Part shown: in pieces, positions 10,464-17,338 of the stretch
Position numbering within the stretch: position 1 is the stretch's first letter
Layout: every line of letters starts with the position of its first letter
Assembly: GCA_039815185.1 (NCBI GenBank)
Contig: JBCBZT010000095.1
Coordinates: forward strand, 1-17,338
Direction of reading: 5' to 3'
Source: Cyanobacteria bacterium P01_A01_bin.123
Lineage (GTDB): Bacteria; Cyanobacteriota; Cyanobacteriia; Phormidesmidales; Phormidesmidaceae
Length of the DNA: 17,338 nucleotides
Made by a program: the position numbers and the translations under genes
The notes under the pieces: model-generated
The model's database searches: none
What the model saw: only the letters and a program-made list of their open reading frames with translations
Told to the model about the DNA's origin: nothing

Positions 10464-12209
10464 ATGTTCAAAACTATTGCGGGTACAGCTGCCGTACTGA
10501 CGTCACTGATTGCTGTAACAGCGGAGTCTGCGGTTGCGGTCACCTTTCGGCTGCAGGACGCTACGATTAGCGATATCAACGATGCCTTTGATGCGGGGGC
10601 GTTAACGTCCGAGCAGTTAGTAGAGCTTTATCTCAACCGGATTGACGCCTATGATGACGCGGGGCCAGCCATTAACGCCGTCATCACGACCAATCCGGAT
10701 GCCTTAGATATTGCGAGAGCCCTCGATTTAGAGCGCCAAACCAGTGGCCCCCGTAGCCCGTTGCACGGTATTCCCATCCTCTTCAAAGACAACCACGACA
10801 CCTTCGATATCCCCACGACGGGTGGCTCAGATGCCCTAGTCGGCTCTGTGCCAACGGATGATGCGTTTGTCGTAGACCTGCTCCGAGATGCGGGGGCAAT
10901 TATCTTTGGCAAAACCGAGATGGATGAATTGGCCATTTCCGGTTCGGGCTATAGCTCCCTTGGTGGCCAGACCTTCAATCCCTACAATTTGCTGCGTCAA
11001 TCGGGGGGCTCTAGCGGGGGGACAGGTGCCGCGATCGCTTCTAGCTTTGCCACCCTAGGCACTGGGAGCGACACGGGCGGCTCAATTCGCACCCCCTGCT
11101 CTTTTCAGGGGCTGGTTTGTGTGCGATCTACCCGTGGCTTAGTCAGCCTCGATGGCATCATTCCCTTTGTGTTGTCGAGGGACATGATTGGCCCAATGGC
11201 CCGTTCGGTCGAAGATGCCGCGATCGCGCTGGGGGTGATGGCAGAATTTGACCCCAACAATCCTGGGATTCAAACGCCGATCGAGGCCCCCCCCGTTGAG
11301 CTCGATAAGTTCTATGACGACTACACCCAGTTTTTAGATGCCGACGCGCTTGATGGGGCTCGGTTAGGATTGGTCACCAACTATTTGGGTGAAGAAAACG
11401 GGGTTGACCCAGAAGTGACGGGCTTGGTCGAAGACGCCCTTGACGTGATGAAAGGATTGGGAGCAGAGATCGTTGAAATTTCGTTTGAAGACGATTTCTT
11501 AGCCACGTTGAGTAGTGTTTACGGCACCGCGATCGCCGTTGAGCAAGAAATTTATTTAGAAGAATACCTGGCGACCTTAGCGCCAGAATATCCCAAGACC
11601 TTAGAAGAACTCATTGAAGTTTTAGAGTCCCCTGAGATTGCCGATTCTGAGACGCCATCTATCATTACAGGCACATTGGAATTTGCCGTTGCCGAAGGCG
11701 ACACAGAGGAAGCCGATTATCTTGAAGTTGCTGACGTGATTGCGCCTTTTCTACGTAATACTTTGACCGACCGGCTGGATTCTCTTGATCTAGATTCGTT
11801 CCTGTTTCCGACCATTGATACCTTTGCCCGCCCAGCTATTGGCATCGACGATCCGACCTTTGTCAATCCCCCTGGCAATCCGCCCGCTCGACAAGTCTTA
11901 TTCGCCAGCTCTACCGGCCTGCCAGATGTCACGGTTCCTGCAGGGTTTGGTTCTCAGGATTTGCCTGTAACCTTATCGTTCACGGGGCGGCCCTACAGCG
12001 AATCTACACTGTTGGGCTTAGCTTATGCTTTTGAGCAAGCGACCCTGCTCCGCCAGTCGCCAGCCTTAACCCCGGCACTAGAGGGGGAAGAATTTGACTA
12101 TACGCCTATCCCAGAGCCAGACTTTGGCATTGTCTTAGTTGGCATGGGTGGCGTTTTGTTGGGGTACAAAGTTCTGAAGCGCAAACGCAGCCAAGTGTCT
12201 GCTTTGTAA
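10464..12209 (+). CDS. Secreted amidase-signature family protein with C-terminal PEP-CTERM sorting signal
   Basis: Signal peptide (MFKTIAGTAAVLTSLIAVTAESAVA). Ser-cisSer-Lys motifs LHGIPILFKDN, GGSSGG, GSDTGGSIRTP. C-terminal IPEP, hydrophobic helix, then KRKR. Confidence 0.92.
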   Translation: MFKTIAGTAAVLTSLIAVTAESAVAVTFRLQDATISDINDAFDAGALTSEQLVELYLNRIDAYDDAGPAINAVITTNPDALDIARALDLERQTSGPRSPLHGIPILFKDNHDTFDIPTTGGSDALVGSVPTDDAFVVDLLRDAGAIIFGKTEMDELAISGSGYSSLGGQTFNPYNLLRQSGGSSGGTGAAIASSFATLGTGSDTGGSIRTPCSFQGLVCVRSTRGLVSLDGIIPFVLSRDMIGPMARSVEDAAIALGVMAEFDPNNPGIQTPIEAPPVELDKFYDDYTQFLDADALDGARLGLVTNYLGEENGVDPEVTGLVEDALDVMKGLGAEIVEISFEDDFLATLSSVYGTAIAVEQEIYLEEYLATLAPEYPKTLEELIEVLESPEIADSETPSIITGTLEFAVAEGDTEEADYLEVADVIAPFLRNTLTDRLDSLDLDSFLFPTIDTFARPAIGIDDPTFVNPPGNPPARQVLFASSTGLPDVTVPAGFGSQDLPVTLSFTGRPYSESTLLGLAYAFEQATLLRQSPALTPALEGEEFDYTPIPEPDFGIVLVGMGGVLLGYKVLKRKRSQVSAL

Positions 12210-12224
12210 CTCTATAGTGCCAGT

Positions 12225-12251
12225 ATCGCCAAAGCTGACGTCCTTGGCGAT
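12225..12251. terminator. Possible hairpin between convergent genes
   Basis: ATCGCCAA (12225-12232) / TTGGCGAT (12244-12251), just after the amidase stop. Confidence 0.35.
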
Positions 12252-12321
12252 CGCGACCTTAATCTACAAGCAAAGAGACAAAATGCTTATGTGATAACTA
12301 GCTGGGCATTGGACTCAGCCT

Positions 12322-12454
12322 CTAAATATCTAGTGCAAACGAGATAGCTTGTTTGATTTGCTCCATCGTCTCACGAGGTAAATTGCCTAGCTTACGTTCA
12401 AGCCTAACTCGTGGAATAGAACCTATTCCTAACTTCACCAGGTTTCGGGTTCAT
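12322..12454 (-). pseudogene. Internally deleted, frameshifted MazF/PemK-type toxin gene
   Basis: ATG at 12454 gives MNPKPGEV, a typical PemK N-terminus. One base later, in another frame, GIGSIPRVRLERKLGNLPRETMEQIKQAISFALDI* reads as a typical PemK C-terminus (stop 12324-12322). The central RP-containing catalytic part is absent. Confidence 0.8.
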
Positions 12455-12620
12455 CGAGCAAAGTTAGGACTTCCTGCTCCACTGCTCGGGAACGTAATAC
12501 ATCCAAGGAGTCTTGGTCTGCAAGATCGATAATGTCTTGAATGAGCTGCCGAACCTCTTCAACGGTATCAGGTTGCCACTCTTGAAATTTGAGATTTAAC
12601 TTCTGAGCAAGAGCATCCAT
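12435..12620 (-). CDS. Small acidic protein, putative antitoxin partner of the MazF/PemK remnant
   Basis: 61 aa from ATG 12620 (MDALAQKL...RSRAVEQEVLTLLDEPETW). Its 3' end overlaps the toxin start by 20 nt, as in type II TA operons. Confidence 0.72.
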   Translation of the reverse strand: MDALAQKLNLKFQEWQPDTVEEVRQLIQDIIDLADQDSLDVLRSRAVEQEVLTLLDEPETW

Positions 12621-12748
12621 AGGTATGTCTGCGATGGTTAGCCTCATGTTAGCATCGCCAATATTCTCTAGTAATTCCAAGTACGGGCTACACTTCGCTG
12701 TAGTCAGTTACATCCACTTAGGATAAATCCCCATCCTCTGCATCGCCG

Positions 12749-14986
12749 ATGGATCTCTTTGATCAACATCGTCAAACTTTACTTGAAAAAGAAGCTCCCC
12801 TTGCCGCTCGTATGCGTCCCCGCACGCTGGACGAGTTTGTCGGGCAAGGCGCAATTGTTGGGCCAGGGCGACTGCTGAGGCGGGCAATCGAGGCTGATCA
12901 ACTGTCGTCGCTGATTTTTTATGGGCCTCCAGGAACGGGTAAAACGACGCTGGCGCGGGTAATTGCCAATACGACTCGTGCCCACTTCATCGCGATTAAT
13001 GCAGTCCTGGCCGGGGTGAAAGACATCCGTGAGGCGATCGCGTCGGCGCAAGACCGCCGGGGACAATTTGGTCAGCGCACTATCCTATTCGTTGATGAAG
13101 TCCATCGGTTTAATAAGGCCCAGCAAGATGCTCTGCTGCCCTGGGTGGAAAATGGCACCGTAATTCTGATTGGGGCCACCACCGAAAATCCTTACTTTGA
13201 GGTGAACAAAGCCCTGGTCAGTCGCTCGCGGGTGTTTCAGCTCAAGCCCTTAGAAGATGACGATTTACGGGCGATCGCGCACCAAGCCCTCACCGATCCA
13301 GAACGGGGCTATGGCGATCACGTTGTGTCCATTTTGCCCGACGCCCTTGACCATCTGGTGAACGTGGCCAACGGGGATGCTCGGGGGCTGCTCAATGCCT
13401 TGGAACTGGCGGTGGAAACCACGCCCGTAGATGACTCCGGCGCGATCGCGATTACCCTCACCGTCGCGGAAGAATCGATTCAGCAGCGGGCCGTCCTCTA
13501 CGACAAAGAAGGAGATGCCCACTTCGACACCATCAGCGCTTTTATCAAAAGCATTCGCGGCTCTGATCCAGATGCGGCCCTGTACTGGTTAGCCCGGATG
13601 CTCTATGCCGGAGAAAATCCCCGCTTTATTTTTCGGCGGTTGGTGATTTTAGCCAGCGAAGATGTGGGATTGGCCGACCCCCACGCGGTCACCGTGGCCA
13701 CCAGTTGCGCCGAATCATTTGATCGAGTGGGCATGCCCGAGGGTCGCTATCCCCTAGCCCAGGCCACCCTGTATTTGGCAACCGCCCCCAAATCCAACAG
13801 CGTCATGGCCTTTTTCGATGCCCTGGCAGCGGTCGAACAAGAACGGGAAGCCGACGTGCCCAATCCGATGAAAGACGGCAACCGCGACAAAAAAGGCTTT
13901 GGCCACGGGGCAGGCTATCTCTATCCCCACGCTTACCGCGATCATTGGGTGGCTCAGCAATATTTACCCACTGCCCTGCAAGGCCAGGTATTTTATCAGC
14001 CCTCTGACCAGGGCTATGAAGACAGCATTCGTGTGCAGGTCGCCCGTCGCCGGGAAGCTCAACTGGCAGCCATTTTAGAGGGGGGCGGTGCCTTGCCAGA
14101 AGGGCTCACCTCTAGTCCTGACAATCCGGGGCAAGAGCGCTGGCTCCAAAGGGCACTGGGGCAAGCTGGAACGCAGTTGGCGTACGGACGCGATCGCTTA
14201 TTTGCCACCCTCCAACCCCAACGGCACCACGTCATCTTAGATGTCAACGCGGGCAGTGGTTTGCTCACCTGGGAAGCCCTGCGCCAGGTGCCCGAAGGCG
14301 GTGTTTATGCTGCGGTTCACCGTCCCCAAGATGCGGCTGCGCTGGTGGAACAAGCGGCCCAATTGCCGGAACTCAATCGACCGATCGTGATGCAGGCCGA
14401 CCTTAACCAGTTGGATCAAGCCCTGGAGCAGCAGGCCAAAGGTGTTCGCTTTGACTGGATTATTGGTCGCAATGCGTTAACTCAAGTGGTTGACAAAGCC
14501 ACAGTCCTCCAGCAGTGGATAAACTGGTTGCAGCCCACAGGCGCGATCGCCCTAGTTGAATCTATCCCCCGTCAAGCCCAACGCCTCTACCAGTTACTCA
14601 ATCCCGATGCTTTGCCAGCAGCGCTTTACCAAACCGTGGTCATCGCCGAAGAGAGCATCTACCAAGATCCCAATAACCCAATGGTCAACTGGGATGCCGC
14701 AGATTTAAAGACCGCCTTTGAAACTGCCGGACTCACCGTTCAACTCACCGTCGAAACACCCCAAACGGAGGTGCTGATTACGCCACGATTGTTTAACCAC
14801 TGGTTCAGTGCTAGTGGTTCTGGTAAGAAACTGACGTATCGCGATCGCCTCTCGGCCTATCTCAATGAAACTGACTTGAAAACCGTTGAAACCACTTTCA
14901 AACGTTATTTATTGAATCAAACCGTCTTGTGGCAAAGTCAAATTGCGTTTATCAGGGGCGATCGCAATGAGACAAAGAGTATTTAA
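12749..14986 (+). CDS. rarA: Replication-associated recombination protein A (RarA/MgsA AAA+ ATPase) fused to a C-terminal class I SAM-methyltransferase-like domain
   Basis: APLAARMRP, Walker [10 protein letters not shown], Walker [50 protein letters not shown]. About 300 extra aa containing [10 protein letters not shown] and FDWIIGRN. Confidence 0.93.
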   Translation: MDLFDQHRQTLLEKEAPLAARMRPRTLDEFVGQGAIVGPGRLLRRAIEADQLSSLIFYGPPGTGKTTLARVIANTTRAHFIAINAVLAGVKDIREAIASAQDRRGQFGQRTILFVDEVHRFNKAQQDALLPWVENGTVILIGATTENPYFEVNKALVSRSRVFQLKPLEDDDLRAIAHQALTDPERGYGDHVVSILPDALDHLVNVANGDARGLLNALELAVETTPVDDSGAIAITLTVAEESIQQRAVLYDKEGDAHFDTISAFIKSIRGSDPDAALYWLARMLYAGENPRFIFRRLVILASEDVGLADPHAVTVATSCAESFDRVGMPEGRYPLAQATLYLATAPKSNSVMAFFDALAAVEQEREADVPNPMKDGNRDKKGFGHGAGYLYPHAYRDHWVAQQYLPTALQGQVFYQPSDQGYEDSIRVQVARRREAQLAAILEGGGALPEGLTSSPDNPGQERWLQRALGQAGTQLAYGRDRLFATLQPQRHHVILDVNAGSGLLTWEALRQVPEGGVYAAVHRPQDAAALVEQAAQLPELNRPIVMQADLNQLDQALEQQAKGVRFDWIIGRNALTQVVDKATVLQQWINWLQPTGAIALVESIPRQAQRLYQLLNPDALPAALYQTVVIAEESIYQDPNNPMVNWDAADLKTAFETAGLTVQLTVETPQTEVLITPRLFNHWFSASGSGKKLTYRDRLSAYLNETDLKTVETTFKRYLLNQTVLWQSQIAFIRGDRNETKSI

Positions 14987-15025
14987 GGGTCTAACCCAGA
15001 AGCGGAGGGATGATTATACTGAAAC

Positions 15026-15148
15026 TTTCTACCTAATTCCCCATATAGGGATCTTAGGCAGACATCATTCCACCTATTTACCCCTAGAAGGATCTTAGGC
15101 TGAAATATTTCCACCTAAGATCCCGTATCAGGATCTTAGGTGGAAAAG
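15026..15148. repeat. Three tandem 41-bp palindromic units (16-bp arm, 7-bp centre, 16-bp arm, 2-bp link)
   Basis: GGATCTTAGG recurs at 15049, 15090 and 15131. Unit 3 is a perfect inverted repeat: TTTCCACCTAAGATCC-CGTATCA-GGATCTTAGGTGGAAA (15108-15146). Confidence 0.9.
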
Positions 15149-15152
15149 TCCT

Positions 15153-15171
15153 CTCTAATAACAAGTTAGAT
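15153..15171 (+). other. attI-like integron recombination simple site (L box, 5 bp, R box)
   Basis: CTCTAAT-AACAA-GTTAGAT compared with attI1 CCCTAAA-ACAAA-GTTRRRY. The R box is a perfect GTTRRRY. Confidence 0.6.
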
Positions 15172-15207
15172 GAAATAGTGTAGTAAAACAAATATCGCTC
15201 ACTGTTA

Positions 15208-16149
15208 CTAGCTGAATCGTTTCATTGTGAGTTCACGATAAGTGCTTGGTGAACAGTTATAAATTCTGCGAAAAGCTTTGTTAAAACTTGTATGAGAGGC
15301 AAAACCAACAATTTCGCTAATGCTTTTGATAGACTGATTTGTCTTACACAGTTGGCGTGCTGCTTCTGACAATCGCCATCGTAGTACATACTCATGAGGA
15401 GGTACAGATAGATAAGTACTAAAGATGCGCTTGAAGGTTGCAATTGACATACCTGATTGATCTGCAAGTGCTTGAATCGTCCAAACTTTTTCAGGTGATG
15501 AATGAAATGCGGCTAGCGATCTCGCTAGGTTCGGTTCACGTATTGCGGCGAAGATTCCAAAAGATGACGAGTTTTGAGTCCCAAAACCACGCAATACTTC
15601 CAGGAATAAAATTTCGGCATAGCGCTGAATAATAGCTGAAGTACCTGGACGCTCATCTTTTAGTTCACCCACGATCAGCTCGATCAGCTGGGTAAAGCGT
15701 GGATTCAGTAAATTTTGCTCAAATACCGTCACGGCCTTAAATGCAGGTGTCAAGATAGGGGCCAAAGCCATGTCAATTGTGAACGTACCGCAAATCATTC
15801 GACACGTGGACCCGGAACCACCTTCATATAGTTTCCAGCCTAGCCCGATTTTTACGGTCTTCTGCTCCATTGTCGCTAAAGACTCAGAGAAAGCTGTCTT
15901 CCCTGATCTCAGCTTAAAGGGGATGTGCGGTGCAACTATTGCAAGTGCACCTGCTGACAATAGAAAATCATTCCCCTGTTGCAATCTGCTTTGCTCTGTC
16001 AGTAAAGCTTCTCCCTCTACGAGAATGTGATAAGCAAAACCATCTATCTCTGTAAATTCCACCCCCCAGGGTGCAGAAGCCGTTACCCCGACCACCATTG
16101 CTGCAGTGGGTTGAATGTTATTAAGTAAGGCTTTCAGAAGCATCTGCAT
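15208..16149 (-). CDS. AraC-family transcriptional regulator with N-terminal cupin-like domain
   Basis: APWGVEF, YHILVEGEA, MICGTF in the N-domain. Double HTH: WTIQALADQSGMSIATFKRIF, PPHEYVLRWRL, ISEIVGFASHTSFNKAFRRIYNCSPSTYR. ATG 16149 (or 16143) is more likely than GTG 16224. Confidence 0.93.
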   Translation of the reverse strand: MQMLLKALLNNIQPTAAMVVGVTASAPWGVEFTEIDGFAYHILVEGEALLTEQSRLQQGNDFLLSAGALAIVAPHIPFKLRSGKTAFSESLATMEQKTVKIGLGWKLYEGGSGSTCRMICGTFTIDMALAPILTPAFKAVTVFEQNLLNPRFTQLIELIVGELKDERPGTSAIIQRYAEILFLEVLRGFGTQNSSSFGIFAAIREPNLARSLAAFHSSPEKVWTIQALADQSGMSIATFKRIFSTYLSVPPHEYVLRWRLSEAARQLCKTNQSIKSISEIVGFASHTSFNKAFRRIYNCSPSTYRELTMKRFS

Positions 16150-16150
16150 A

Positions 16151-16180
16151 TTTGAGCTATATGGATAATATTTTGAGCTA
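16151..16180. promoter_or_regulatory. Candidate AraC-type operator: TTTGAGCTA direct repeat with 21-bp period
   Basis: TTTGAGCTA at 16151-16159 and 16172-16180 in the divergent intergenic region. A further TTGAGC occurs at 16216. Confidence 0.6.
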
Positions 16181-16252
16181 ATCTCGCTATGAACTAACCA
16201 TAGCTGGATGTTAGCTTGAGCCACAAGAACTCAAATATCGAGAATACACATA

Positions 16253-17146
16253 ATGAAAACCACTATTGGAGTTTTAGGCGCTACGGGCCGTGTTGGAGGA
16301 ACAGCTGCTCGCACTTTGATTTCTAAGGGCATCTATCCTCGTCTAATTGTACGTAATGCTCATCAGCTACCTGAGAATATTCGTACTGCTGCTGAAGTCA
16401 TTGAGGCTGATTTGACCAGACCAGAGACCGCGATCGCAGCCACTACTGGATTGGAGACATTATTTTGGCTAACTCCCGATAATTTTCAGGCAGAAGACAT
16501 TCAAAGCTATTACGAGGCGATGGGTGATTGTGCTAAGCAGATTGTTCAAAAAAACAATATTGCAAGAGTCGTACAACTTTCTGCCGCGGGGGCCGATCAA
16601 GACCAATTTGGTATTATCAGTGCTCAGCGTATTATTGAGGATGCATTTCAAAGTGTGGCTACCCATCACTTCATCCTGCGCCCAGCTTATTTTTATGAGA
16701 ATTTTCTGCTCCAGATTCAGTCGTTGAGTCAACAGGGTTTATTATTTGAGTTGTTCCCTGAAGATATTGTTATTCCGATGGTTACAACGACTGATGTCGG
16801 GATTGAAATAGCACGTGTCCTCATCGATTCCTCTTGGTCAGGCACCATTGCTCAAGAAATACGTGGACCAGAGCGACACACCATGCCCTCAGCACTTACT
16901 GCGTTTGGTCAAGCTCTCAGCCGTTCATTTACGTATGTCAGAGTTTCAAGTATGGAAATGACTAAGGTGTTTCAATCACTTGGTGCAACTCAGTCTGTAA
17001 TCGACAATGTGCTTGAAATGTTTAAAGCTATAGCCGAGGGGCGTGCTACGCAATTAGAGGACTCGTCAGTTATTGTTGCTAAAACAGGTGCTCAGCAATT
17101 TGCCCAAACAACTCTGAGTTTTGCCCTTGAAAACTATAAGCAGTAG
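16253..17146 (+). CDS. NmrA-like / atypical SDR NAD(P)H-binding oxidoreductase
   Basis: 297 aa. Rossmann motif IGVLGATGRVG, plus RVVQLSA, ILRPAYFYEN, IPMVTTTDVG, IRGPE. Divergent from araC. Confidence 0.9.
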   Translation: MKTTIGVLGATGRVGGTAARTLISKGIYPRLIVRNAHQLPENIRTAAEVIEADLTRPETAIAATTGLETLFWLTPDNFQAEDIQSYYEAMGDCAKQIVQKNNIARVVQLSAAGADQDQFGIISAQRIIEDAFQSVATHHFILRPAYFYENFLLQIQSLSQQGLLFELFPEDIVIPMVTTTDVGIEIARVLIDSSWSGTIAQEIRGPERHTMPSALTAFGQALSRSFTYVRVSSMEMTKVFQSLGATQSVIDNVLEMFKAIAEGRATQLEDSSVIVAKTGAQQFAQTTLSFALENYKQ

Positions 17147-17222
17147 TTGATTTGGGAGAACCCTTGACGACAACGACTATTTGAAGAATATTTCACAGTC
17201 CGTTTGTGAGATACGTAATCTA

Positions 17223-17338
17223 ATCGGGATAGGGAGAATCCTCACGAATCCCCCCTCCCACACCACCCTGCAAGCGGGTCCGCACAGGGCGGTTCAGCAT
17301 CACGGAGCAAACTCTAACCTGAGTTGTCAACTATAGCC
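17223..17338 (-). mobile_element. 3' end (domains V and VI) of a class C group II intron, continuing beyond the window
   Basis: Minus strand reads GAACCGCCCTGTGCGGACCCGCTTGCAGGGTGGTGTGGGAGGGGGGATTCGTGAGGATTCTCCCTATCCCGAT. DV (17262-17293) has the class C CGC triad. DVI has a GTGA tetraloop and a bulged A 8 nt from the end (17230). The terminus is AT. Confidence 0.92.

Larger units (their letters stand above)
1283..16437. repeat. Dispersed HIP1 octamers (GCGATCGC)
   Basis: Seen by eye at 1283, 1740, 4070, 4896, 7066, 8786, 11031, 11220, 11529, 12247, 13034, 13271, 13442, 14190, 14543, 14841, 14958 and 16430. This is a cyanobacterial genome signature. Confidence 0.9.
15166..17222 (+). mobile_element. 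Putative integron gene cassette (araC + NmrA-like), with its attC interrupted by a group II intron
   Basis: Begins G|TTAGAT and ends ATCTA| (17218-17222), the first 5 nt of the complementary inverse core ATCTAAC, exactly at the intron junction. Visibly AT-richer than the flanking core genes. Little non-coding DNA at either end. Confidence 0.65.

Noticed and set aside
15026..15148. CRISPR or other guide-RNA array interpretation of the 41-bp repeats
   Set aside because: Variable parts are only 7 bp and 2 bp, there are just three units, and no cas or other effector gene is nearby.
4031..16224. Longest-ORF starts at 4031, 6794, 9174, 12680 and 16224
   Set aside because: These are TTG/GTG starts that add non-homologous N-terminal extensions. 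Downstream ATGs fit family N-termini, and for adhE and pflB also an SD sequence.
533..16732. Numerous short ORFs nested in or antisense to the long genes
   Set aside because: They are shadows of well-supported CDSs and carry no independent motifs.
17296..17338. C-terminus of an intron-encoded reverse transcriptase
   Set aside because: Too little sequence. All three minus-strand frames stop quickly and none shows a recognisable motif.

Overview
Cyanobacterial chromosomal window; at least 15 HIP1 GCGATCGC octamers and cyanobacterial-type short palindromic repeats are visible. Left to right: the 3' end and terminal inverted repeat of an IS4-family (IS50/Tn5-like) element; a fermentation locus with an ADP-forming acyl-CoA synthetase/GNAT fusion divergent from adhE-pflB-pflA; a secreted PEP-CTERM amidase; an antitoxin-like gene with an internally deleted MazF/PemK toxin remnant; and a RarA-methyltransferase-like fusion. 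The right end is the most interesting part. After rarA come three palindromic units with an exact 41-bp period, then an attI-like simple site (CTCTAAT-AACAA-GTTAGAT). Next is an AT-richer ~2 kb segment carrying divergent araC and NmrA-like genes. It ends at ATCTA|, where the 3' end of a class C group II intron sits on the minus strand, as expected for insertion into an attC inverse core. Together this reads as an integron-type cassette locus with no adjacent integrase. That reading is an inference, because the rest of the attC lies outside the window.
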